64,000 bases of DNA from the human T2T-CHM13v2.0 reference genome, Homo sapiens: the NCBI RefSeq assembly GCF_009914755.1, contig NC_060937.1. One strand, 5' to 3'. Positions 48,493-64,000 of this stretch are shown here, piece after piece. Under the pieces are notes generated by a model. It saw only the letters and a list, made by a program, of their open reading frames with translations, did no database searches and was not told the origin of the DNA. How positions within the stretch are numbered: position 1 is the first letter of the stretch; the number at the start of each line of letters is the position of its first letter. The translations under genes and the position numbers were made by a program.

Positions 48493-48653
48493 CTACCAAA
48501 GAGTAAAAAGCCCATACAAAAAATAAAGTCAGATATTTTGGAAGGCAATCAGGATGTTAATCTCAACAGTATTTCAGGACACAAAAAATAAAATCGGAGG
48601 AATTTTGACAAGAACTAAAGAAACAATTTCAGGATACAGCACCAGTACTTCTG

Positions 48654-48656
<3 letters not shown>

Positions 48657-48687
<31 letters not shown>

Positions 48688-48708
48688 TGTGTGTGAGAGA
48701 GAGAGAGA
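48657..48708. repeat. (GT)n(GA)n microsatellite
   Basis: Seen directly. Confidence 0.95.
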
Positions 48709-51173
48709 AAGGACACAGAAAAAAGAAAGAAAATGTAAGAATAATGAATGTTTCTATATCAATGGCTAGTTCCCGGTCACCCTTGGTAGGAAATAAACAA
48801 GTAGGTAAGTCAAGCATAGCCTTAATTATGTTTAAAACATTTTGTGAACTTAAAGTGGATTATGTGTTTACAATGATTTTGTTTTCTTTTTGTCTGGATT
48901 CATTTTTTTAAAGTTATATGGCTATATTTTACAATATCAAGACTTCCTAGCACCGAAACCCCTGGCTTGGCTAATTTAATCTCTCTGCAACTTTATTTCT
49001 TCATCTGTAAGTTAAGACACAGGCAAAATACACTCCACATCTGTCAACTTCATAAAACCATGCTGAATATTCAGCATTTTGCCAATATTGGTTTTTAGAC
49101 AACCTGCTCTCTACACCGTATATTATGCCATAAAAATCAGTATGTGGCAATATGAACATACATATTTTTAGTTTCAAATACACAAACATTCTCCTCAAGG
49201 TAATACACTCCCAAGACTCAAGAATTAATGCTCTTTGCCACAATTTTCTAACTTTTCAAACGTTTAAATAAGTTTAAGAAACTGATCACATACATTTTTT
49301 TGCTGCTGATAAAAACTGGGATTCTCTAAGAGTGTGCTGAGGTTTCTTAACTTATTTGACCACAGAACCTCTTTCTCACAATGGAAATGTGTGAGAAACA
49401 CATTTTGGAAACAATATATTAAATGGTATCTTTTTATGTCTTTAAGAAAAGTTCTCCTACACAAACTAATTTTGGACTCTGATCAATAGCTCAAACCTTT
49501 AAGCACAGATAGACATTAATATTGTGCTAATCTTTCAGCCTGTGGGGAAAGGAGTGCCAGAGTTCAAATGACCAAATCTCGTTAGCCTGGTCTGAGAGCC
49601 ATGAGGGGAACCTTTCAAGTTCTAAGTGGGTGTTCTCATGTCCTTGAATGGCTCCTGGAAATTCATCCAGGTCTCAGGAAAAACAATACCTTTTACAAGA
49701 AGAAAGGCATCTATAGGCATCCGCTACTTTTCAGCAGGATGAATAATTGGATTGTTTATGAAGAATACATGAATAAATCATAACAAGGGAAAATGTTCAA
49801 AACACCAAAAAGGTAAGAATTTGAGTTTCTGACATAAGCAGCCTTATTAAATGATTACTAGATTTTTCAGACATCCTCTACTGAGGAAGAGAACTGGAAG
49901 ACATTCAAATTACTCCAGATTCAGGTGACAAGCCAGGATTGCTAAGCAAGTTCCTTGGGAAACTAATCTCCAAAAAGGGCATGAGACATCCATAGATGTG
50001 AACTCCTTTCAGGGAGAGTATTGCATGAAGTCTGAAATAATACTTTGATAAGCTGCTTTGGGGCACAGAATGACTTCCCTCATGGGACATGACTAAGTAG
50101 CTAGCTAAATTGCCCTCTAAGGAAGGTGAGAATTGCAAACTGTCCTAAACTGAAGTGGTCATGCAGAATTCTTAAATGCTTTTTGGTAGATAGGAGCAAC
50201 CACAGAAGTTTGAGTTAGGTGGAGGTTAGCTACACCTTTATAATCATGCTACCAGGTTATAATGAAAAGTACGTCTCCGACCAAATCTGCCACACATACA
50301 GTTATTCATTTAACAAAACATTCAGTAGCAAGCAGGCACAGTACATAAGCTTCTGCAAGCTTTCTGCACTTTAGGTGCTCCAAGCATGAAAGCTTCATTC
50401 TCAACAGATTCCTAATGTTTCAGAGGCCAAAATCTTCTTAAACCTTCCTGGAGATAGGATCATATGAGGATCAAGCATTGGGTGTCAACTCTAAATATGA
50501 GGCCACCACCATACACCTTTATCCTGTTTATGCAAGGGTGGGCTGTCTCCAAAACACTTTAGTTGATTCACAGATCTTAAAATGTCATATAATTGTAACA
50601 TCCATCATGCTGCTTTGTAAGCCACCAATTTCACTAATAAAAACCCATTTGTGATCTTCACTGTAATAATTAACAATGTTTCAGGTGTTAATTGCAATGG
50701 GACCACTGGGGCCCTTTTGGTGGCCATCTCTGTGGAGTGGCTTCCTGAGCTGAACACTAGCTCACCATCCTTGAACAGAGCATTCACCATTAGGGCAACC
50801 AGCCGCCCCTGTAGGAAAGATTAAAGTGACCAGTATATGCATATTATCACACTGCCTAAAATGTCGTATTTTTAAGGACATTAACAGGCATAGAATGAGG
50901 CTTGGTTTGTTTTTTAAATTTTTTCTATTTCTACTATTTTTCTATCTAATTATTTTTCTATTTTTATTTGCTGGGTCACAGACAACAGCAAATTCCATAC
51001 CTTCGGAGTTATACCAGCTCATCTGCAGTAGGAGTAGAAATATCAAAGCTCTCAGTCTACCACCTTGTGCTCCACAGATGTGGCCCAAGCACATCTTTGG
51101 ACGTGAACCAGGGCAACCCAAGGCAGAGCTGGATTTCTGGGAGTTTCTCCCTGTAAGCCCTGGACCTGCTTAC

Positions 51174-51282
51174 CTACAGATCAGACTGCTTCCAGCGCCA
51201 CTGCCAGTCAGAAGAGCCTGGGGTCTGTTCGGCTGCCAGAATAACACAAGTCTGAGGTTTTGTGTTATTGGTACAACATTCT
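51174..51282 (-). other. TPTE2: Probable TPTE2 5'UTR exon (109 nt)
   Basis: tttctccctcttag acceptor, TAG|gtaagc donor; resembles the recalled TPTE leader (ACCTCAGACTTGTGTTATTC...GGAAGCAGTCTG). Confidence 0.65.
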
Positions 51283-53399
51283 CTAAGAGGGAGAAATTTA
51301 ATCAAGATCCTGTTAGCAGTTTTCTCACTTGTTGCCTTTCAAGATTATGGCTTTTCCTTTTTTCATTTTTTAGTTCCCAAAACCAAGCTTGTTAAATCAA
51401 ATCTTGACCCAATTCCTGGCAAGTAACAAGGTTATTGCTATTTGGCCTTACACCCACTGGTTGTCCCCCAGTACCCTGAGGGTAAGGGGACTCTGTAAGG
51501 TCCCTGGGAGGGGAAAGGAATGTCAGTTAGTGGTCCTCCCAGCTGGGTATAAGCAAACTTTCCTGTCTATGGGCCCCAGAGACCACCATCTAGTTCCCCC
51601 GCCAAAACTTTACATGATTTTAATTCTCCTGATGAGGATGAGAGGACAGCATTAGCCAACAGAGAGGGCAGAGGATGGGATGGGACTCCCTTGCTCAGAG
51701 ACCTCACCTCTAGGTTTTTACCTCGTATTGAGAATAAGTCAGTTCTGTAATAAGAACTCTGCGTCCATGGCAACCCCAAACAGAATCCTGGTGCTTTTGT
51801 GATTGTTGTAGAGTGGGGAATAGAACGAGCTTGGCCCAAGACTGCAGAGACTTAAAAACATACTGTTCTGCCATACATACAGATACTCATTAAAGATGAG
51901 GGAGAAGGGCATGGGGTGGGGGAGAATGTACCAAAATCAAAGACCACAGGATAATAACCTCAGAGCAGAGATTATCTCTCCAGTTATTTTTTCTTTTATA
52001 TGAAATGGAGGGGATTCTTCTTATTTACTCTGATGAAGAAGTTTACATCAAGTGTTCAGCTTCCTTTGTGGGTTAGAGAGAATAACCAGAGGGCTCAGTT
52101 ATCCTCTCTGAATAACTATGTTTGTTTAATGTTTACTAGACAATATTAAAATTCACTAAAATAGACAAAGTTGATAGGACTTGGGGGGATACCTCATTGA
52201 CTCAAGCTATCATTTTATAGGATTGTGAGAAAACAAATAGTTGTACATTTAAAATACACTCATATTCTAGCTAGAAGAGAGGATTTTGAATATTCTTACA
52301 TCAAAGAAATGGTAAATGTTTAAGGCAATGGATATGCTAATTACCATGATTTGATCATTATGCAATGTAAAATGTACTGAAACATCACATTGTACCTCAT
52401 AAATATGTACAATTTATTATGTGTCAATTAAAATTTTGAGTATAAGAAAAAATAAACTTCAATTGTAAGAAAACAACCCAACTTTTAAAAAATGGGCAAA
52501 ATATGTGAACAGATACTTCACTAATGAAGATTTGCAACTGGCAAATAAGCAAATGAAAAAATGTTCATCATCACTAGCTGTTAGAGAAATGCAGATTAAA
52601 ACTACAATAAGAAACCATTAGATACCTATTAGAATATCTAAAATTTGAAAGATGGCATGTTGACAAAGATAGAGAGAAACTGAAACTCTCATACAATGCC
52701 AGGAATGTAAAGTGCTAGATCCACTTTGGAAAACAGTTTGACAGTTTCTTAAGAAGTTAATTAGGTCTTCCAGTTCCCACTCCAACATGTAGAGAACTTG
52801 GAAGTCATCACTCCCATCTTCACAACGGAAAAAAAGATAATCAAACTGAAAATCAACAACTTTTCTTAGATCTGTCCAAGAATAGAGGTCACAGGGAAAC
52901 CACTTCCTCAAAAACTAGAGAGATGGGTGACTATAGAAAATCACAGTTTACCTGAGAGCAGAAGCCACAGAGCCAGTAATTGGTAGGAACACTTCAATGG
53001 TAATCAATAAATTTACTGGTGGCTGAGTGTGGACTAGCTTGAAAGTTAAAAACTTGTTGGAGTCCCGTCTTGGGGGCCCCTTATACTTTCATGAATTTTA
53101 CTTGCAGAAACCCCACCAGGTTCTCATGATGAAGGCTGAAGAAAATTTCCTCAGGCTCTTTACACAAGGCAAAGGGAAAAGCAACCATTTCAAAATATAC
53201 CCTAATTGGAGGATAGAGAGAGTGAGTGGGTATAGCAACCATTTTGAAATATGCCCAGAGCATTCTATTCTCTGTGTGAAAGACCTGCTCTAAAGAAAAA
53301 CTGCTGTATCAGGGCCTTGTCTGACATAGGGGAAAACCAGTGAGACAACTCTAAACCCCTCTAGCTTTCCTGTTCCACATAAAAGGAAAGGAAAAAAAA

Positions 53400-56190
53400 A
53401 GAAATCATTACTAATTCAATATCATAAAAAATGTACACCTATGTTTTTGTCTAAGAGCATAGTTTTGGATCTTACATTTAGATATTTCTTCCATTTCAAG
53501 TTAATTTTTCTGTATGATGTGAGAAAGAGATCTAACTTCATTCATTTGTATGTGGAGATCCAGTTGCTCCAGCACCACTTGCTGAAGAGACTGTTTTTTC
53601 CACTCAATAGTCTTGGTACCCTTGTGGAAAATCAATTGACCTTAAATGTACGGACTTACTTCTGGACTCTCAACTCTGTTCCATTGATCTACATATCTAT
53701 CCTTATTCTAGTACTACACAATTTTAACCACTATAGCTTTATAGTAAGTTTTGAAATAATAAAGTGTGGACTCTGCAACTTCACTGTTCTTCTTCAAGAT
53801 TGTTTTGGTTATTCAGAGTCCCTTGCATTTTCAAATGAATCTTAGATCAGCAAGTCAATTTCTACAAAAAGAGAAGCTAGGATTTTGATAGGAACTGAGT
53901 TGAATATGTAGATCAATTTGTGGAGTGCTGTCATCTTAATAGTAATGTCTTCCATTCAATAAATACAGAATGTGTATCCATTTATTTAGGTCTTAATCAC
54001 TTTCAATAATGTTTTGTAGTCTTACATTTCTTTTGTTTTGGTCTTTTTTTTAATGCTATTGTAAATAAAATTACTTTCTTAATTTCATTTTGAGCCTACT
54101 CATTGCTAATGTTTCTAAATATAACTAATTTTTTGCACATTGATCTTATATCTTTTGTGAACTCAATTGTTGCTCCAGCAGGTTTGTTGTTGTTGTGGGT
54201 TCCTTAGATTTTCTATATACAACATTATTTATCTGCAAAAAAATAGAGTTTCACTTTTTCCATTCCAATCTAGATGCTTTTTATTTCTTTTCTGTGGTTG
54301 GTTTTGTTTTGTTTTGTTTTTTGTCTAATTATCCTGGCTAGAATCTCCAGTACAATGTTGAACAGAAAAAGCAAGCAGGTATCCTTGTCTTGTTCCTCAT
54401 CTTAGGAGAAAAGATGTAAAACTTTCACCACTAAGTTTAATGTTAGCTGTTGGTTTTTCATAATCTTTACCAGATTATCTAAGAGTTTAGGTTTTTTGTT
54501 GTTGTTGTTGTTATTTACCTAAGTTATTTACCACATTTTTGAGTTCTTTTCTTTTTTTTCTTGATCAGGCTAGCTAAGCTATCAATTTTGTTGATCTTTT
54601 CACATAACTTTTGGTTTTGTTTATTTTCTCTATTGTTTTTCTGCTTGCTATTTTATTTTCACTCTAACATTTATTATATCCTTGCTTTACTTGCTTTGGT
54701 TTCAGTTTGCCCTTCTTCTAGTTTCTTTAGGTAGAAAGTTAAATTATTTATTGAGATCTTTCTTCCATCCTAATGTAAGAATTTACACCTATAAATTTCC
54801 CTTTAAGCATGGCATTAGCTGCATTCCATAAGTTTTGAGATGTGGAATTTTTGTTTTCATTTATCTCAAAATATGTTCTGATTTCTCTTGGATTTCTTCT
54901 ATGACCAATTGATTATTTAAGAGTACATTGTTTCATTTCCATATATTGGTGAATTTCCCAAATTTCCTTCTCTTACTATTCTAACCTCATTTTATTGTAG
55001 TTGAGAACATGCTTTGTATGATTTAAATCTTTTAAAATTTATTGAGAGTTGTTTTATTGCCTAGCATATGGTCTTTCCTGGGGAATGTTCCATGTGCACT
55101 TATAAAGACTGTATACTCTGTTGTTGCTGGGGGATGGAGAATGCTATAGATATCTGTTAAATCTAGTTGGTTTATAGTATTATTCAAGTCTTACATTTTC
55201 TTATTGATTTTCTGCCCAATTGTCTAGCTATTAATGAAAGTGGGGAATTGAAGTCCTCAACTATTATTGTTGAATTGTTTCTCCCTTCAATTCTGTCAAT
55301 TTTTTCTTCATGTACTTTGGGGCTCTGTTATATGTTTTTGATGGATTGATCCTCTTATTATTATAAAATGTCCTTTGTTTTTAATAAAAATTTTTGCCTT
55401 TAAGTCTGTTTTTTTTTCTGCTTTTTTATCATGATTCCATCTCTTTATTTAGTTAGTTAGTTTTTTGGTTACTGTTTGCTTGTTATATCTTTTTCTATAC
55501 TTTTAATCTATTTGCATCTTGGTCTAAAACAAGTCTCTTATAGACAGCATAGAGTAGGATCATGTCCTTTAATTCATTCTGCAAATTTCTTCCTTTTAAA
55601 TGGAGAGAAATTCCCATTTAATACAATCATTGATAAAGTAAGATTTATGCTAAATAGTTTTATACTGTACAATTTTTATTTCTTTGTCATTTCTTTTACT
55701 ACGTTTTTGAGTTGTTTTCTTAGTGGTTGCCCTGGATATTGCAATTAACATGTTGATTTATAACTATGTAGTTCATATTAATACCAACTTAATTACAACA
55801 GTATACATAAACTTTTTCCTATGTAGCTCCATTCCCTCTCTCTTCCATTGTGCTGTTAATGCCTTATAAACCATATCTTCATATACTCTATGTTCATCAA
55901 CCCATTTATGAGAATTGCTTTATGCTTATACTGCCTTTTATATTTACTCATATAGTTATCTTTCTCAGCTCTTTATTTCCTCATGTGGATTTGAGTTACT
56001 ACCTAGTATTCTTTCCTTTCAGTCTAAATGACTCCCATTAGTATTTCTTATAGAGATGTCTTCAAGCAACAAATTTTTTTAGTTTTGTTTACCGAGGAAT
56101 GTCTTAAATGTCCTAAGATACTTAATGCCTTATGTTTCTCCTTCAATGTTGAAGGATATTTTTGCTACATATAGAATTCTTGATTAATAA
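53400..56190 (-). mobile_element. Old L1 (L1M) fragments
   Basis: Antisense L1 ORF2-like sequence, T-rich. Confidence 0.65.
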
Positions 56191-56194
56191 GTCT

Positions 56195-56980
<786 letters not shown>

Positions 56981-57501
56981 TTTGTTTACATTTTTTGTTA
57001 GCATATTGTGTATCTCAACTTATCTATACCCCAGGTAGCCATTATGTTCAGCAATTGCCTCTGATTGTCTTCAACAAATATGAACAAAGGCTGGGGGAGC
57101 TCTAAGTCAGGCCAAATAAAGATAGCCTTGTGCATGGGGTCTTCCTTGGACCTCCTAGTCAGGTCACGTAATGACGTTTCTCTGGGAATAAGGCTTTGAA
57201 TGAGTCCCAACCCCATTTTGTTCCTTTCTATGGCTCCCAGGAGCTTGTTTTTCACCAAGATTGTAGGATGTTGGTTTTCAAGGCTACCATGGAGCTGGAA
57301 GGATATAATGAACATAAAGTAAGAACACTACAAAGCTCACTATTCCCACCAAAATTCAGCTTACATTCTTGAATAAATGCTCCCAAGATTGCAGCAAGCC
57401 TTTGGATATTTTCAGAGATCTGAAAAGTTGCTTTTATTTTTCCTAGCTGCTTTTATGAATAAAGGAATTTTTGAAGGTTCCTAGCTTGCCATTTTTAGTG
57501 A

Positions 57502-57906
<405 letters not shown>

Positions 57907-58769
57907 TAGAGGTGAAACTAAAGTCATCAGTCAACATAGAAGCCAGAGATGCCCTGGAAGTGTGCCAAAACCAAAAACCTAGAGCTTTGTTAGTTAACAT
58001 TGTGGCTGCCTGCGGTAGCAAATAGGAATCGGGGCAATGAATAGGAACGTCAAAATACTTTCTTTTTTAAAAAGCTGGGAATGAGATGTCAATAGGGGAC
58101 TTTGAAATGCTCTGACACATTCCTGGGAATCTGTTCAGCAATGCTGGGGATCTAGAATTTTTCTGGTTAACTGACTAATAGGATTTAAACCTGACAAAGT
58201 AGGCAACTGAGTCTGAGACCTCCATATAAATCCAGGGACCAAAATCTGCTATATATTTAGTAGAAAAGACAAAGTTGGAAGGATATGACAAGTGAACCAA
58301 TAAGCAAATCAGTCTGCAGGCAGTAGATTTTAAAACATTAATAATTTTAAGTCTTCCCTAATGTTTTCTAACCAGCTTTACTCTTAGGCTGGAATTTGAA
58401 TTTACACCATATTCATAGTCCAAGAAACCTCAAACCAATAAATCAAACTAGAATGGTTCCTGATTGGTAGTACTTCCAGAACCAAGCAGAAACCAGGCAA
58501 ATCATCTCAATTCCAGTCTCTCAGGATACCCAAAGTTAAAGTTTATACAAATATGAGCTATTTCTAAAATTTAACAGAGTTGAAGAGTCAAACTGCCATA
58601 AGCAGGAGTCAACAGAAACCATAAAGAGAAGAAAAAGACATAGAAAAATACAAATATTAAAATTATAACAAACTTTATACTCAGGAAGCAGGTTTAAAAG
58701 TATGTTTAAAGTGAAAAAATAGAGATCAACACTATGGGGAGCATTAAAAGTGGCCCTTGGTCCACTCTG

Positions 58770-59280
58770 GAACTTCAAAGTAGGTTTTCTGAAAAAGATG
58801 ATGCTTGAGCTTGGGCGTGAAGGACAATAAATAATAAACCAGGAGAAAAAGTGGGGAGCGAGTTTCAGAGAAAAAGATCATAATGAACAAATACATGGAA
58901 GCACTGAATAGCAGAGGGACTTCAGGGGAAATTATAAACATTTACCTATTACTGCAGTAACAAATGTAGAGCAGGGAGTAACAGGAGATGCCTGCACAGT
59001 ATATTAAGAAGTACAGACATTATTTCATAGGCAATAGAGAGTCAAAAAGGGATTTTAAGAATGGAAGTCTCATGATAATTTTGTTTTATGTAGCCTGTCT
59101 TTCAGTGGTGAGGAGAGAGGGCAACATTGAAGTTTCAGGGATCAGTTAGGAGGCTACTACACAGCTTAGGTGAGAGATGTTGAGGGCCTGAAAAACCAGG
59201 GTGGTAGTAAGAATTGAGAGGAGAGACAGATTTGAGAAACAGCAGAAAAAATTAGTACAACTTGTGATTGACTAGCTATG
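58770..59280 (-). mobile_element. L2 remnant
   Basis: gttaggaggctact...ggtgagagatg.tgagggcctgaa is typical of L2. Confidence 0.55.
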
Positions 59281-59286
59281 TGGAGG

Positions 59287-60815
59287 ATAGCCAAAGCAAT
59301 CCTGCACAAAAAGAATGAAGCTGGAGATGCCACACTACCTGACTTCAAACCATCTACAAGGCTACAGTGAGCAAAACAGCATGGCACTGGTACAAAAACA
59401 GACACACAGGCCAATGGAACAGGTTAGAGAACCCAGAAATAAAGCTGCACAGCTACAACCATCTGATCTTCGACAAAGCCAACAAAAACAAGCAATGGAG
59501 AAAGGACTTCCTACTCAACAAATGGTGCTGGGATAACTGACTAGCCATATGCAGAAGATTGAAACTGGACCCCTTCCTTTCACCACAAACAAAAATCAAC
59601 CCATGATGGATAAAAGGCTTAAATGTAAAACCTAAAACTATAAAATCCCTGGAAGATAAGCTAGGAAATACCATTCTGACATAGGACCTTATGAAGATTT
59701 CATGATGAAGATGCCAAAAGCAATTGCAACAAAAACAAAAACAGACAAGTGGAACCTAATTAAAGAGCTTCTGCACAGCAAAAGAAACTATCAACAGATT
59801 GAACAGACAGCCTACAGAATGGGAAAAAATATTTACAGATTATGCATCTGACAAGGTTCTAGTATCCAGAATCTATAAGGAACTGAAACAAATTTACAAG
59901 CAAAAAACAACCTCACTAAAAAAAAAGGAGGGGGCAAAGGACAGGAACAGACACTTCTCAAAAGACATACACACAGCTAACAAACATGAAAAAATGCTCA
60001 ACATCACTAATACTAGAGAAATGCAAATCAAAACTACAATGAGATACCATATCATACCAGTCAGAATAGCTATTAATAAAAAGCCAAAAAATAGATGCTG
60101 GCAAAGTTACAGAGGAAAGGGAATGCTTATACACTACTGCTGGGTATGTAAATTAGTTCAGCCATTATGGAAAGCAGTTTGGTGATTTCTCAAAGAACTT
60201 GAGAATTACCCTGTGACCCAGCAATCCCATTACTGAGTATATACCCACAGGAATATAAATATCATTCTACCATGAAGACACATGCACACATATGTTCATC
60301 GCAGCACTATTCACAATGGCAAAGACACAGAATTTAGCTAGGTGCCCATCAATGGTGAACTGAATTTAAAAAATGTGGCACACATATACCATGGAATACT
60401 ATGCAGCCATAAAATAAAAACAAGATCATGTCCTTTGCAGCAATCCAGCCTAAAAGCCTAAAAGCCTGGAGGCCATCCAGCTCCAGCTTAAAAATTATTC
60501 TAAGCAAACTAACACAGGAACAGGAAACCAAATACCTCATGTTCTCACTTATAAGTGGGAGTTAAACATTGAGTACACATGGGCACAAATATGGGAACAA
60601 CAGACATTGGGGCCTACTTGAGGGTTGGAGGCTGGAGGATGGTGAGTATCAAAAAGCTACCTATCAGGTACTATGCTTATCACCTGAGTGACAAAACAAT
60701 CCGTGCATCAAACCCCCATGACACAAAATTTACATATATAACAAACCTGCACATGTACCCTTGAACCTAAAATAAAAGTTAAAAATTAATTAAATAAAAT
60801 GTGCATACAAAAAAA
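59287..60815 (+). mobile_element. Older L1PA/L1PB 3' portion
   Basis: ORF2 C-terminal remnants at 59799-60185; 3'UTR and A-tail. Confidence 0.88.
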
Positions 60816-61078
60816 ACTGGATTTAGGCATGTCTATTTGTATATAAAAATGGAGCTATTGGCACAGTCATGAACCAACTGAATTATATCTCAGTATATCA
60901 AAATGGTTAATATTGATGTAAAGGTAATCTCTTCTCAATAAGAGAAGAGAAAATATTTCAGGTCAGATTTAGGATTTTACGTGAAATTATTACTGCTGGA
61001 AAACCAACAGATTACATGTCAGATGGATCCCAGAAGACATGTGAGGACTGACACAATGTGGAATAAACATTAAAAAAA

Positions 61079-61205
61079 GGCCGGGCGTGGTGGCTCATGC
61101 CTGTAATCCCAGCACTTTGGGAGGCTAAAGCAGGTGGATCACCTGAGGTCAGGAGTTCAAGACCAGCCTGGCCAACATGGCAAAACCGCATCTCTACAAA
61201 AATAC
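61079..61205 (+). mobile_element. Alu left arm
   Basis: ggccgggcgtggtggctcatgcc...ctacaaaaatac. Confidence 0.85.
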
Positions 61206-61640
61206 CAGATACCAGAGGCTGGGAAGTGCGTGTCGGTTGGCAGGGAAGAGTGGTTGGTTAATACAGTTAGACAGAAGGAATAAGTTCTAATGTTCTATAG
61301 CAGAGTAGGGTGACTACAGTTAACAAAAATGTATTGTGTATTTCAAAATAGCTCTAAAAGAGGACTTGAAATGTTCCCAACATACAGAAATGACAAATAC
61401 TCAAAGTGGCAGATACCTTTAATACCCTGATTGGTCATTACACATTCTATGCATGTAACAACATATCATCTGTACCCCATAAATATGTACAAATATTTGT
61501 TGTGTACCAATTAAAAATAAAATTAAAAACATAAAAATATAGTATATCTACACAATGGAGTATTATTCAGCATTAATACACTGCAAGTTGGATAAACCTT
61601 GAAAACATGCTACATGAGAGAAACAATGCATAAAAGATCA

Positions 61641-61813
<173 letters not shown>

Positions 61814-62154
61814 TGGCTACTCACAAGGCTGATACAGGATGAAGGCATCAGGGCAGTTTCATGGCTGGGATCAACTCTACTGGGAGCAGGTCCTAGAAGG
61901 ACTTGGTGTCCACATCCAGGTTATGGGTCCTGCAGAGAGCTTGGAATACTTAGCCCTCAATCTGTGTGGAGAAGCAGGGGCTGGCGCCTTGAGGACTTAC
62001 TGTCCTTCTGACCAGTCCTGATGTTTCCAAGGCACTGGGGTTTCAGGACTGGATAAGACTGTTCTAAGGCCACAGTGTGGAAACTGCAGTGTGGCAACTG
62101 CAGTAAGTCACAGGCCAAATCCTCAACTCTGGCACTATCTAAAGTACCTTTCTT

Positions 62155-62455
<301 letters not shown>

Positions 62456-62828
62456 GCCTATTTATATACTTATTTACTTCCAAAATTTGTTTTTTTGGAA
62501 CATCACTCTTAGGATTTGCATAACAAATAGTGTGTGTATAAATTTACTAATTTTTATTTTATTTATAAGAACAACTCACTCTTAGCAGATAGGGCCATGA
62601 ACACATCCTTATAACATAACAGGTATAGACAAGACTGTTTAAATCATGACCACTTTACTCCCGTAGTAAGTAGGTAGAGCAGGAATTCCTACAGAGGGAA
62701 ATTATTCCTCCAGTTCTCGCTAGCTCAGACTTCCTTCGAGGCTGAATCATTGATATGACTCCTCCTTAAGTCTGCATGGTTATCCACCCATCTCAGTCCC
62801 CAGTAGAAAGAACAGACCTTGAATCTCA

Positions 62829-63190
<362 letters not shown>

Positions 63191-63366
63191 TAATTAATTA
63201 ATGAAAACTTGTTCTTGTAACCCAAGGCAACTGATAGGCTCATTTAGGCTCTGTCTTCCAGTGACAATGAGTTCTAGATGACAAGTCTCAAAGAGAAGAG
63301 CCCCTCTCATTGTCTGGGCCCCTGCCCTAAGCCTGCAGACTCAGGTTTGGTTCCCACTGATAAGAG

Positions 63367-63482
63367 AGACAGAGTTTCACCATGTTAGCCAGGCTGGTCT
63401 CCAACTCCTGACCTCAGGTGATCCGCCCGCCTCAGCCTCCCAAAGTGCTGAGATTACAGGCGTGAGCCACCATGCCCAGCTG
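63367..63482 (-). mobile_element. Alu left-arm fragment
   Basis: Alu consensus on the minus strand. Confidence 0.8.
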
Positions 63483-64000
63483 GGTTCTTAGTTTTCAATA
63501 TCTCAGAAAGCTAATTAGATCTTAATCTTATTTAAATCTCTTGATTTTACACAGTAATAATAGTGAACACATGGTAAAATTCAGCCCATCGAACTCAGAA
63601 ACTTCATTTTAGGACAACATTTCAAACTCCTTTCCCATCCAGGCATTTTTCAGTAGCAGATATGTGGCATACCTGACTCCCTTCCCCTACTTTCTTCTCC
63701 TGATCCCTCTTGGTGAAGGTTTAGGGATTAGAGATGTACTCAGAGCCAGAGTTCAGCGGCCTAAATCACCAATCCTTGGATTACTACAAGCTCACCTAGA
63801 GTCTAAAAGAACAATTCTCCTTATGCCCTTTGTGATCCTGGAAACATTACTTCTCTCCTCAGTTGCTGTTTCTCACTTAGCATCTCATTTTGAAACTTTG
63901 TTTCTCTGTGGCCACTATGACATTTGCTCCACTGAGCTTTCTGGCTTTAATTTTTGCCCCCTCAATCAGCTCCAAAAAGCCCTACTGAAGTAGCCCCAGA

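Noticed and set aside
50826-51395. 189-aa + strand ORF
   Set aside because: Non-ATG start, low-complexity F/L stretch, antisense to a probable TPTE2 exon, no recognisable homology.
62001-62138. Possible minus-strand exon (tactttag ... CA|gtaagt)
   Set aside because: Poor polypyrimidine tract with an Alu immediately upstream, and no independent support.

Overview
Primate (very probably human) intronic and exonic DNA covering the 5' half of the voltage-sensing phosphatase gene TPTE2 (TPIP) on the minus strand. Seven coding exons can be read with GT-AG sites (MNES...NIPR), plus two probable 5' exons. About half of the window is retroelements and DNA transposons: a full-length L1PA2/3-type element antisense to the gene, older L1s, about 20 Alus, Tigger1, Tigger4, LTRs and a U2 fragment. 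The main hidden structure is a degenerate tandem array (about 23.5-48.5 kb) of ~0.6-1.3 kb units. Each unit carries a 54-nt, phase-2 symmetric micro-exon. Only three are used in the TPTE2 protein as I recall it, but most others are still stop-free in the same frame and chain to an upstream ATG in strong Kozak context. The intronic L1's antisense ORF0 splice donor is in the same phase, which predicts an in-frame ORF0-TPTE2 fusion. A possible very old Harbinger-type two-gene relic lies at 49.6-50.8 kb. Gene identity and repeat subfamily calls come from recalled sequences, not from searches, and repeat boundaries are approximate.
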